DNA of 64,000 nucleotides, from contig JAUCBJ010001182.1 in the NCBI GenBank assembly GCA_032718475.1, forward strand, positions 1-64,000, in the 5' to 3' direction. The notes under the pieces are model-generated. The model was not told the DNA's origin. It was given only the letters and a program-made list of their open reading frames with translations, and searched no databases. How positions within the stretch are numbered: the stretch's first letter is position 1; each line of letters starts with the position of its first letter. The DNA comes from Nemertoderma westbladi. Its lineage: Eukaryota > Animalia > Xenacoelomorpha. A program made the translations under genes and the position numbers. Below are positions 26,037 through 36,484 of this stretch, piece by piece.

Positions 26037-26074
26037 CTCCCCCCCATGCTATCTTCCCGGTAAGAAGATAGCAT
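26037..26074 (-). promoter_or_regulatory. Polypurine tract preceded by an 11-bp-stem hairpin
   Basis: Minus-strand GGGGGGGAG abuts the 3' LTR; ATGCTATCTTC-ccggtaa-GAAGATAGCAT is a perfect inverted repeat. The autonomous Pao element has a hairpin at the same position (TAAAGTCC...GGACTTTA, ~24419-24442). Confidence 0.8.
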
Positions 26075-26742
26075 CAACCTAAAAGTGCGTTACAATCCCG
26101 CTGGATCCCGATCTAGTATCGGGTGTGGGGTGGAATTCTTTTCTCTCGGGGTCGGCTTTCCAGGCCGCCCCCTATGGGTATGATGACGCTACCCTGTGTG
26201 CCTGGCGTCTCATGTCGGGCCGATCGCGCTCACCTCCCACGCAACTTTTGTTTCCCCAACATTTTCACCCTATCTCACCTTCACTCTCACCCTAACTCTC
26301 TCACATTCGGACCTCCTCGTCCCTTACTCAGCCTCTTATTCTCCCCCCCCCCACACTGGAATTGCATCGGCACTCTCTCCGCACTCCGCACTATTATTCC
26401 GTCCCTCAACCTCACTTCGTCTGTCTCTTCCCTTCTGACGAATCTCCCCCCCCCCCTCTCGTGCCGTCGCACTCAAGAGGTGTGAAATTGTCTGGCGTCT
26501 CGTCCACAGTGCCATAGTCAGTTATCCCCCAGTCCCACTAGCTAGTTGAGAAAGGTTGTATGACTATAGTACTTACTCCGATCATGTATTTTACTGCTAA
26601 TTACTACGTACGTACATACGAATTGCACTTATATGATTATTTGCATTAATTAAATTTGTACTTAATGGTTCGTACGTTGCATGCGGCGCCTTCCAGGCGC
26701 ACCACTTTCCAGTCTCAGTCTCACTCCCTCGTCTCTGGGAAC

Positions 26743-29220
26743 TTATCTGTTCCTCCTCACGTCCTCTTCCCTGGCCCGTTTCTTGGTTATCACCGTTCCT
26801 CTGGCATCATCCGCTTTCTGCTTCCGGACCTTCGCCGCCACTTCCTTGCTGATCCCGGTCGTTGGCTCCTTGGGCGCTGGTGTTATTAATGCCCGATACC
26901 GCTTCGCCGGTGGCCCCTCAGAATGGCCTGGTTGTCTCCCTCGTGTGGCGTCCCATAGGATCATTTTCATTGCCTTTGGTACGTGTTCCGCCAAGAAATC
27001 CCTAAACTCCCTCCGGTTCTCTGGTGTCCACCTGTCCAGGTACCGTTGCGTGTTCATAACTCCGGCGAACGATGCCGCCGTTGCTACCTCTTGATAGGTA
27101 AACGGTAACCTTCGCTTTATGATTTCCATGTGGGTCTCCTGGTTTATGAGGAAGAAACCCCACTTGAACTCTTGGGCCTTCATGCGCTGGCGCGTCATGG
27201 CCCCGACGTCGGCCCACTCCTCGAATCTTGTGAACTTTTCCTCGTCGCTCATCCAGTCGCACTCGCGCCCGTAGTGTCCCCGAAAGTGGCACTTTGGACA
27301 TTGGTTATGCAACCGTGGACACGCCCCCATCCTGTGACTTGGTTCTCTGCAGTAGAGACAAAAGGTTCCCTTTTGGAACCGGTATAGGCAGCTGCTTTCC
27401 CGATGGGTCTGTCTCCCACAGTAGTCGCAGCCGAGTACCAATGTCTCCCGTCCCACCTCGTCTTTCGTCCCAAGCGATCTCCGCGGTCTTTGGAGTCGCT
27501 GGTAGGCGAACTTCTCTACGTTGCTCTCCCTGTTTACGTCGATCTCTCCGCCCCTCTCGGGCATCGTCTCCCCGAATACTATCCGTGGTGCCGTTCCCGG
27601 TTGCTCGCCCAACCTGATGGTGCTCCCCGCGAAATCCATCGCCGGCTCCTCGTGCACCCAGGTCCGCTTGCCGGATCTGTTCCAGAAGGCCCTCGCCCCA
27701 CTGGCTGTCACCACCCTTCCGCCAACCCAGTCCGTGTCCGAGTGGCCTATCCTCTCGATGGGCGGCATCTCTCCGAACTCGTCGTCGTCGTCCTCCTCTT
27801 CTGGTAGTGTCTCCAATCCCGGTATCCCGACGGATCCACTATGTCCCTTCCCGCCTTGGCTCTCGCCCGTAGCTCTCCATCCCTCTAGCTCCCTTAACTT
27901 CCTTGGCAGTTGGTCGCCCTCGGCGCCCGCTGGTATGGGCATCGTTTGCAACCCCGACGTCGACTGTTTCGGCGATCCCACCGTCCATCCCAATTCTTGC
28001 CCTAGAGACTCCCCCGAACTCCCTGACGAAGTCCAATGAAGTTCGTCTAGGCCCGCCTGTTCCTCGAAGCCGTAACTCTGTGCCCTGGCCTCCTCTTCCC
28101 TCTCCTCTGCTTCTATCCTCTCCCGTCTAGCGACTTCTTCCAGTCGCTTTGCTTCTCGTCTGTCCGCCTCTAGCTGCTCCCATCTCTGATACGGTGTATC
28201 TGTCTCCCCGTCTACCAGATGTCGGCTGTTGTAGTACACCGACTCGCCCTTCAGCCCCGGGTGGTCTACCAGACCGTCAAAGGCCGTCTTAAAGGCTCTC
28301 CTGTAGCTTAGGGGTGATCCCGATAACAGAAATGCCCCTGGTTCCCTTTCGATAACTACGGTCATGAATAAGTTAAGCAAACTTATCATCATCCAGTCCT
28401 CCTGCAGGATATATCGCTTCTGATATACCTTTATCGCTCCTCTGCGAAACTGATATACCTCCTGCTTTCCCGGTCTCGCTCCCCACTTCAGCAAGTTCGC
28501 TAGTTCTGCCCTGTATTCTTCCCTAAACTTTCCCCAGTCCATCGGTTTGTGGCATACGAGCCCCAATAATTGGCCCATCGCCACAGCCCCGCATTGGCCT
28601 GTGTTTTCGACTACCCCCAATCCATCCGGTGCCGTCATAGCCATAAAGACTTTCTGCATATCCAGGAGGTTGGTGGCGTCCGGACCGATGATCCTCTCCG
28701 CGTCCTCGCGAATCGCCGATCCCACTTTCGTCGTCGACTTCTCTCTTACTAATACTTGTACCGCTTTCGGCAATCGGTCTAATTTCGGCCCGTCCTTCTT
28801 CCCATACGTCCCTAGGTCGAATAAGAAGATGTCCCCATTTGGCGCGGCCAAATGTAGGAGTATGGTCCTGGCCGACCCTGCCGTTCCTCGTCTCGAACCC
28901 GCTTCGTCTTCCACGGTTCCCTCGTCATCTAGGATCATATATCCTCCTCTGTTGACGGACTCTATGAATCTCTTCCAGTCCTTCCTCGGCGATTCCCTCG
29001 GATACTTCGGAATCCCGAACTTCGCCTCGTCCCCTTTCACCACGTAGTGGAAGTGTTGGAAAATCGTGTTGTCTAGTGACGGGGTCCCGTAGGTCCCGAC
29101 CAACCGCTGTTCGTGCGCCTCCCGGAAGTGATCCTGCAGCGCTCGTGCCGCGTGACCCCTTTCCAACTTCTCGTAGTATCCTCTCGTCTTCTCTTCCGGG
29201 TGTCTTTCGGTGAAATCCAC
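26743..29220 (-). CDS. Cargo ORF: DnaQ-like DEDDy (WRN/EXD/Mut-7-type) 3'-5' exonuclease, coiled coil, acidic linker and three CCHC zinc knuckles
   Basis: ExoI ILDDEG, ILLHLA..DIFLFDL, LPKAVQVLV...TKVGSAIRED (ExoII), LLDMQ, QKRYILQED (ExoIII-like); CDYCGRQTHRESSC, CLYCREPSHRMGAC, CPKCHFRGHYGREC. Open for 825 codons, but the track start is GTG and the true start is uncertain. Confidence 0.72.
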   Translation of the reverse strand: MDFTERHPEEKTRGYYEKLERGHAARALQDHFREAHEQRLVGTYGTPSLDNTIFQHFHYVVKGDEAKFGIPKYPRESPRKDWKRFIESVNRGGYMILDDEGTVEDEAGSRRGTAGSARTILLHLAAPNGDIFLFDLGTYGKKDGPKLDRLPKAVQVLVREKSTTKVGSAIREDAERIIGPDATNLLDMQKVFMAMTAPDGLGVVENTGQCGAVAMGQLLGLVCHKPMDWGKFREEYRAELANLLKWGARPGKQEVYQFRRGAIKVYQKRYILQEDWMMISLLNLFMTVVIEREPGAFLLSGSPLSYRRAFKTAFDGLVDHPGLKGESVYYNSRHLVDGETDTPYQRWEQLEADRREAKRLEEVARRERIEAEEREEEARAQSYGFEEQAGLDELHWTSSGSSGESLGQELGWTVGSPKQSTSGLQTMPIPAGAEGDQLPRKLRELEGWRATGESQGGKGHSGSVGIPGLETLPEEEDDDDEFGEMPPIERIGHSDTDWVGGRVVTASGARAFWNRSGKRTWVHEEPAMDFAGSTIRLGEQPGTAPRIVFGETMPERGGEIDVNRESNVEKFAYQRLQRPRRSLGTKDEVGRETLVLGCDYCGRQTHRESSCLYRFQKGTFCLYCREPSHRMGACPRLHNQCPKCHFRGHYGRECDWMSDEEKFTRFEEWADVGAMTRQRMKAQEFKWGFFLINQETHMEIIKRRLPFTYQEVATAASFAGVMNTQRYLDRWTPENRREFRDFLAEHVPKAMKMILWDATRGRQPGHSEGPPAKRYRALITPAPKEPTTGISKEVAAKVRKQKADDARGTVITKKRAREEDVRRNR

Positions 29221-29774
29221 CAGTATTTCTTTTCCTCCTGACTCCGCCTTCTCTTCCTGATCAACTTACTCGCCATTCCGAACACTACACTCGCTCACCT
29301 GCAGGGTGGTGCCTTACCAAGGCGCAATACAGATGAGTGAAGTATTTAAGATGTTTCGTACAGTTCGATAATGGCCTACTTTCTACTTAATTGCGCCTTT
29401 CAAGCTAAATTTAACCTAATTAATTTCGGAGCTAGTAAATCAGCCTAATTTACAATTTCCGTCCGTTACTTTTATTATGTTCTAGAACGACTTTCCTTGT
29501 GTTGCCACTATTTTATGATTTTAGCCCTATTCTATTTATTTGTTTGTTTGCTTTGATTCTAGTGTCCTACTACCTACTACTGCCTATGGGTTTATTCTAT
29601 TCTCTGATCCATATTCTGGCCTACTCTGTGGGCCCATGCAGTACAGCAGTATGCGTCGTGTGGCCACACGATTTATCCAGCTGTACTCATATGCCCCCCT
29701 CTCGCTACTAACTCTACTTACTGCTAACTAATATCTATATCCTATTTACCCCTTTTACCTCTCACTCTCTCTCT

Positions 29775-30385
29775 CTAACTAATGGTACTACGTACCCCCT
29801 AACTCTAACTCTAACTAGGTACCACGTACCTACTAACTCTAACTCTAACTAGGTACTACGTACCTACTAACTCTAACTAACTATTGGTACTACGTACCCT
29901 CTAACTCTAACTCTAACTAGGTACTACGTACCTACTAACTCTCTAACTATCGGTACTACGTACCCTCTAACTCTAACTCTAACTAGGTACTACGTACCTA
30001 CTAACTCTCTAACTATCGGTACTACGTACCCTCTAACTCTAACTAACTATTGGTACTACGTACCCTCTAACTCTCTAACTATCGGTACTACGTACCCTCT
30101 AACTCTAACTCTAACTAACGGTACTACGTACCCTCTAACTCTCTAACTATCGGTACTACGTACCCTCTAACTCTAACTCTAACTAACGGTACTACGTACC
30201 CTCTAACTCTCTAACTATCGGTACTACGTACCCTCTAACTCTAACTCTAACTAACGGTACTACATACCCTCTAACTAACTAACTAACTCTAGGTACTACG
30301 TACCTACTAACTAACTAACTCTAGGTACTACGTACCTACTAACTAACTAACTCTAGGTACTACGTACCTACTAACTAACTAACTA
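29775..30385. repeat. Array of ~18 palindromic GGTACTACGTACC units with (CTAACT)-type linkers, period ~32-36 bp
   Basis: Read directly from the sequence; lies between the gag-pro ORF and the cargo ORF. Confidence 0.92.
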
Positions 30386-30540
30386 TTATTTTTATTTTAT
30401 TTTATTTTTATTTGTGTGGGAAGGGCGTCTCGCCCTCAATCCCACCCCCCTCAGTCCAAAACTTGGACGACTAAACTCCACTCTAACTCCAATTTAAGGT
30501 GCCCCTTCTAGAAGACAGGTAACACCTCTGCCCGCACCTT

Positions 30541-33222
30541 TTACGGATCTAACTCTTCCATCCCAGTCCAACCTGTTGGACAACTCAGCGACCCAAGGGG
30601 TGATTCCTCCAGCAGGCAACTCTCCCACTGCCCCCCTATAGGTTCTCTAATTCTTCGCTCCGCTCTCCTTGTCAATTCGATAGGTGGTCTTTTCTCCTGT
30701 TTTTGGAAATGCTGTCTCCTATTTATGTTTCTGATCTCGTGGTCGTCCCTTGGCGGCAAAGTGCCACCCTTCAACGTGTCACCCGGCGGTATAATGCCGC
30801 CCCTGTTCTTCTCCTTAATTTTAGATGCCACCTCTGTTGGCCTCCCCCTTAATATGTGTGCTGGCATTAAAGGCTTCAACGACCCCCGTTCGTCCTTCGG
30901 TATACACGATGTCTGCCCATGTAATGCCCCCTCGCACTCTGTCAGTTCCGCGTGCGTACGCAGCACGCCTCCTACTCTCCCGCCTCCTTTGTCCACCATA
31001 TGTTTATTCATGGGCTTCTCTGCCCCTGGTCTGATCGTCTCACATCTTCTCCCTTTCCATCTTGTATTCTTACTCGGCTTCCCCCTTGTCGGTATGCCTC
31101 TCAACCGGACCGGCGTCTCTTCCGGGCGCTCCTCTGGACACTCCACCGGACACTTCTCCGGTTTGTCCTCCCGACACTCCACCGTCCGCTCCTCCCCATC
31201 TCCATACCGATACTTGCTGGGACCCTTATTCCAACCCATCGTCTCTAGATCTTCTGCATCCATACCATTCTCCTCCGCCCACTCTCTTGGTGTTGCTTCT
31301 ACTTCTAGCTGTCTACCACTATTGCCCATCTCTGGCCTCTCCTCTATCTCGTCAGTTCCTGGCACCATGCATCCTGAACTCTCGGACACATGGAATGGTA
31401 TATTACTCTTAATTGGGCCTGTCAGTGTCCACCCGAATGGTGTTAATATGGCCACCGGGTCACTCTGCTTGTCTTCGCCGAAGACCGTTTGCATTCTTTC
31501 GTGGGCTGTTGGGCAGTCCATACCTACTATGATGGATACCTTCCTAACGTCCACGTCTGGGATTGAGAAGTCAATGTTGTCCAGGAATTTGTACTGCTCA
31601 ACCTCGATGTTGGTTGGCCGCCTGGCATTGATATTAATTGACTCTATCACTTGGATGGGGTCGATGGTTGCCCCATAATCGCATCCTGGTGCCACTGCTG
31701 CAATTGCGCACCGTCCTGTCCTCATCTCTAGGACCTCATCTTTGCTAGAGATGGTTGTTACCGCCATTCTGCTTGGCCTTGTTCTCAATCCTATTTCTTC
31801 GGCTACCCATTCCTCGACTAATGTGAAGGCAGCTCCACTATCAACCAGCATTAGTGTTGTTACTGATCGATTGCCTTCCCCGATCACTCGCACCGGTACT
31901 ACTCCAAGTAACACCGTGCCTCTCTTCTTCGCCCCTACCGTGCTCGTTGCCATCGTTTGGCCTCTCCTTTGGCCAAACTTGACCGGCTTCTCTTGGCACT
32001 CCCTGGCCTTGTGTCCACTCTTCACACATCGCGAGCAGATTTTATTGCTCGACGCGTAATCTATCTGGTCTTGCCTCGGTAGTGCCTGCCAGTACCTGCA
32101 GTTCATGGTTTTATGAAGCGCATTTGCGTGTAACTGGCATTTGCTCTTTGGGTCGTAGCCCTCTTTATACAATGCATTGCGTATCGCAGTTATATTCGTA
32201 CCAAAGTCCCTACTATTCTTGTTGACTGGGTTTGGCCTACTGGACGTACTGGGGTTATGTTTATTCATGTTGTTATTGTTCCCCTGTCCGTTCCATGATG
32301 TAGTCTTGTCTTCGTTTGCCTGTGGACTTGCAGTCCCCTGGGTCGCTGCGTATGGCAATGATTGCCTGAGCCTCGGCAATGCGTTTGATGTATTGTGCTC
32401 TGGTTTCGGCCCGTAGTGATCTGTCTTTGGTCCCTTTCCCAGGCTATCTTCGCTATAGACTGGGTCCGTTATTAGTTCAGCCTCGTAATTTAAGAAGTTT
32501 GACATTTCTTCTAAACCTGGTTCCGCACCCTTCTTGTCTCGAGTGGAGAAAGCGATCTTCCTCCACTTGTTGCGCAGCCAGTTTGGTAGTGCCTGTGCTA
32601 TCGTGGTGATGTTGTTGGACGCGTTGAGCTCGTACGGCGCGTCTAGCGTCTTCAGCACGATTAGCGCCTTTTCGACTTTGTTAGCAAACGCCTTGATGCT
32701 AACGGGGTTATCCTGTAGGCCACCCGATGTTATGCCTCTCAGCGTCTGCCTGATGATCTTGGCCGGGTGCCCGTATTCCCTATCCAGTGCCCGCCATGCT
32801 GTCGTGAAGCCGCCCTCTATTCCCTGATATTGCCTCACGATGTCGTATGCTGGGCCTCCCGTGTATACTTGTAGATACTTTAGGCACTCCGCCTGCGTCA
32901 AGTTTTTTGTTAGTATTTCGTTACTATACATTCGCCGAAACTGTAAATATTCTTCCGGCCTACTCCCGTCGAACTTGAATGGTTCCACGGGTGGTAACTC
33001 GATCCTCGTTTTCAAAGCATCGATCAACGTGGCCATCCCTATCGCCTGCGCTTCCAATGGATTCGACGGGTGTTGTATAGTTTCCCCTGTCTGGTGCGTT
33101 CCGTCTGTCCTATTTCTTGACCTTCTCTGGCTTGGGTATGTCATTGGGGGTAGCGGCCCCCTCCATATATCTGTGTCACACGATCTGTTTTCGTCCAGGG
33201 GTCTCGCCGTTCTTGCTACCAT
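30541..33222 (-). CDS. BEL/Pao-type Gag and aspartic protease fused to a degenerate integrase C-terminal remnant; no RT/RNase H
   Basis: LPPVEPFKFDGSRPEEY, LPNWLRNKW, CSRCVKSGHKAREC, LVDSGA, PVAILTPFGWTLTGP, then LTECEGALH...LKPLMPAHILRGRP (cf. LAEVExxLNSRPL...LTPNHxLLGR in the neighbouring Pao integrase). Confidence 0.85.
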   Translation of the reverse strand: MVARTARPLDENRSCDTDIWRGPLPPMTYPSQRRSRNRTDGTHQTGETIQHPSNPLEAQAIGMATLIDALKTRIELPPVEPFKFDGSRPEEYLQFRRMYSNEILTKNLTQAECLKYLQVYTGGPAYDIVRQYQGIEGGFTTAWRALDREYGHPAKIIRQTLRGITSGGLQDNPVSIKAFANKVEKALIVLKTLDAPYELNASNNITTIAQALPNWLRNKWRKIAFSTRDKKGAEPGLEEMSNFLNYEAELITDPVYSEDSLGKGPKTDHYGPKPEHNTSNALPRLRQSLPYAATQGTASPQANEDKTTSWNGQGNNNNMNKHNPSTSSRPNPVNKNSRDFGTNITAIRNALYKEGYDPKSKCQLHANALHKTMNCRYWQALPRQDQIDYASSNKICSRCVKSGHKARECQEKPVKFGQRRGQTMATSTVGAKKRGTVLLGVVPVRVIGEGNRSVTTLMLVDSGAAFTLVEEWVAEEIGLRTRPSRMAVTTISSKDEVLEMRTGRCAIAAVAPGCDYGATIDPIQVIESININARRPTNIEVEQYKFLDNIDFSIPDVDVRKVSIIVGMDCPTAHERMQTVFGEDKQSDPVAILTPFGWTLTGPIKSNIPFHVSESSGCMVPGTDEIEERPEMGNSGRQLEVEATPREWAEENGMDAEDLETMGWNKGPSKYRYGDGEERTVECREDKPEKCPVECPEERPEETPVRLRGIPTRGKPSKNTRWKGRRCETIRPGAEKPMNKHMVDKGGGRVGGVLRTHAELTECEGALHGQTSCIPKDERGSLKPLMPAHILRGRPTEVASKIKEKNRGGIIPPGDTLKGGTLPPRDDHEIRNINRRQHFQKQEKRPPIELTRRAERRIREPIGGQWESCLLEESPLGSLSCPTGWTGMEELDP

Positions 33223-33256
33223 CGGGGTATATTGTTGATATTGTGATGGGGGAATG

Positions 33257-36200
33257 TCACCCTGTCCCCCCCCCCCCCCCCCCCACCGGTATGTTTGGTA
33301 ATGGGGTTGATGTTAATATGTTGGGGCCCATGCACCTATCCGCAATAATTCCCCCCTCCCCTGGGTATATGTTATGTCCCTGCATGCTGCAGTCATACTG
33401 CTGTGCTGGTACCGGTATAGGCCTATCAGCTTCTGGCCTACCCGCCGGTATGTATTCCGCGACTTCCGGGTTTAATCCCGTTGTCCACGCTATCCTATCG
33501 CCTACATTGCCTCTCTCAGTATGGCCTACGGTATGTGCAGTAAGACCTACAGTATGCCCTACAGTCTGCATGTGTTGCTCGGGATCGAAGTTTATTCTTC
33601 TCGAATAATCCTCCCCGCGGCTACCGTATTCTCGACCGGTAGGTATATTCTGTCGGAGAGTTTCTCTTCGACCCCCCTCTCTACTGTTTTCATCTTCGCA
33701 CTGGTACGTCGTGTACCCCTCTCTCGGCGTGTAATGCGTCTCGCCGGGTCGCGTCCCTCCGGGGCGACGGCAATCTCCCGGAGTCCGACCCCACCGACTC
33801 TCCGTTCTCATCTCGACTATCGACGGCTCGCTATCCGTCCTCGCTCTTCTATCGTTCGCGGCGATACTTCTACTACTGTCTTCCTTTCTTCTCCTATCAG
33901 TGGAATATTCCCGCTCGCGAGATCTCTCGTCGACCTCCCGGTTAAACCCCACTGTTCTTCTTCCCTCCTCTGATCGGGCTCGACGCTTCGTCCGCCCTCT
34001 CGCGACGTCAACCTGTCTCTCTCTGCTCGGTCGCACGCCGCTGGGGATACTCGCGATCCCCCTATTACTTTCCGTCGCCGGTCGTTGCGGTTTACCTATT
34101 TCGGCCCTCGCATTATCCGCTGACGGCTGTGGGACACTCCCTGCCCCCCCCTTCTCGCCGCTAACTCTCTGTTGTGGGGTCCTCGTAGCCCCCCCCCCCA
34201 CTCGCTACATCTAACTTCGCTACCTCTCTCCCCGCTATTATATACCTCTCTAGTCGACACATAAACCCTACTGCGGTCGGGTCCATTCACCCCCGCCTAT
34301 CCCTCTGCTATTGCGTGGCCTACCAGGCCCTCTACTCCCTCCCTACCAACTACGTGGCCTACCAGGCCCTCTGCTCCCTGTCTACTAACTACGTGGCCTA
34401 CCAGGCCCTCTGCTCCCTTTCTACTAACTACGTGGCCTACCAGGCCCTCTGCTCCCTGGTTATGCAGGCCCGACGCGTTTACATTAATAGCACCCATATT
34501 GGAAACGGAATTATTTTGCTCGTTTGGAACAAAGTTATTTGTATTATTCTGCACGACTACGTTATCTGAATTATTTTGAAAATTCGGGCATAGGTCATTA
34601 TTTAAATTATTCGAATTATTTTGCATAATTGCGTTATTTAAATTATTTTGTAGATTCGAATCTGGGTTATTATTTTGATTATTTGAATTATTTTGCGTAG
34701 CTACATTAATATCAGAATTATTTCCTACATTAATGCTAGGGGCGTTCTGATTTAAATTTAAATTACTACCACTATGTAAAGCATTCCCTGTAATAAAGGT
34801 TTGATTAGTGTTGTCCCATACGGTATTATCAATATTAACAACGTCTACTGTACCATTATTATTATTACCCCCCCCCCGCCCGAACGGTCGCACCAGTCTT
34901 GAGTCTGTCGTGCGGTCCCTGTCAGTGGGGTATTAATAAATGTATCTACGGCCCCCGGCTCCCTAAAAATACTCGAGCCGGCCCCGCTTTCAGACGGCGA
35001 CGCTCGCACCAGTTGCAGCTCGTGTGCCCGTCTAATCTTATCTCCCGCAAACTCACTCTGCCGTCTCTCTAATTCCTTGCGCTCTTTTTCAGTCTCTGCC
35101 ATTCTCCTCTCAATCTCCTCTCACGCTCCTGGGTGTCCCTGATGGCCGACTCTGCAGCACTCTTAATGCTCTCCCTTCGTCTCACTTCGCGCTCCTTGCG
35201 TTCCTTTTCCCTTCTCGCTTCATACTCCTTGCGTTCCTTTTCCCTTCTCGCTTCATACTCCTTGCGTTCCCTTTCCTCCCTTGCCTCACGCTCCTTGCGT
35301 TCCGCCTCACGCTCCTTGCGTTCCCTTTCCTCCCTTGCCTCACGCTCCTTGCGTTCCCTTTCCTCTCTCGCCTCACGCTCCCTACACTCCCTTTCCTCTA
35401 TCTCATCATACTCCCTTAGGCTTTTCAAAGCCCTTTCGGCCCTCTCTCCGGTTTCTTTAAGCAATGCCGCTTCCCTCTCTAACCGCACTCTCCCCTCCTC
35501 TAGCCGTTCCTTCATTTCTCTATGACCTTGCTCTGCCATGCTGAGACGGTATGCGGCACCTATTTCCCTCACCGCTCTTTCTTTCGCGGAGGATGTAACA
35601 GACTTATCGGTTACGACGGACTTCCCCCGCCTTCCCGACCTACCAACTTTCCCCCGCTTCCCGGAGCTTTCTCCGACCGACGAGGCCGAATCCTCGGGGT
35701 TAACCTCGGATTCGCCTCCCTCGAGTCCCCTCCAACCCGCCGGTTTTACTCCCCGGGCATCGACCAAGTTGGGCCCTATGTACACTGACGCTACGCTAGG
35801 TTCCATACTCCCACATTCCCATAGTTCAAACAGTTCCCCGGCAATCTCATGTGCTCTCGTTTCGGCTAGTTCTCTCTGCCCAAAACATATTAGATAATTA
35901 AAGTGTCTATCCGACTCACCTAGTCGCTTTCTCAGTCTCACCTCGTCTACCTTCGCCCCTTCCTTTTTGGCATCCTTTAGCATCCTCCGGGCCGCGATGT
36001 AGGCTCGTCGAAGTCGCTCAGAGACCCCGACGTCCTCCTCGCCGACTTCTCCTCCGTCCCTCCGGGTTCGACGTCGTACTGGCGGCTCCACCGTCGCCGT
36101 TCCGGTGGGCCGTCCGTCGCCCTCGGCCTGTAGCTGGCCGGCGACATCGGTACCGATCTCTCCTCCGTCTCTTCGCGTCCGGCGTCGCACCGTCGGCCCC

Positions 36201-36484
36201 ACCGTCGCCGTTTCGGTGGGCCGCTCGTCGCCCTCGGCCGGTAGCTGGCCGGCGACATCGGCGCGCCGTTCTCCGTCTCGTGTCGACTCGTCTCCATCTC
36301 CCTCCATCTCGCTCCCTTTCTCTCTTAGCTCGACTTCGGGTTCCAGACTCTCCTCGTTCTGGACTTCCGGTTCGCCCGTTATCGATGGCTCCGGCGACGT
36401 GGGCCTGTATCGCTTGGTCGCGGCCTCGCGGATCGTTTGATCTTCGTCCGGGGTCCGCGTCGGTGTCTCGCCCGATTCACTCAT
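33257..36484 (-). pseudogene. Long 5' gag extension in several frames (acidic/Arg-rich, coiled coil, Asn-rich, 13-aa repeats)
   Basis: Consecutive minus-strand ORFs 36484-35069, 35102-34845, 34893-34297, 34201-33257. Several breaks coincide with long C/G homopolymers (~33266-33284, ~34190-34199, ~34868-34877), so some may be assembly errors. Confidence 0.6.

Noticed and set aside
26743-29220. env gene
   Set aside because: No signal peptide, furin-site/fusion-peptide arrangement or C-terminal TM helix; the motifs indicate a nuclease plus knuckles.
29775-30385. CRISPR array or telomeric repeat
   Set aside because: Linkers are slippage variants of CTAACT rather than unique spacers, are not TTAGGG/TTAGG, and are internal to an LTR element.
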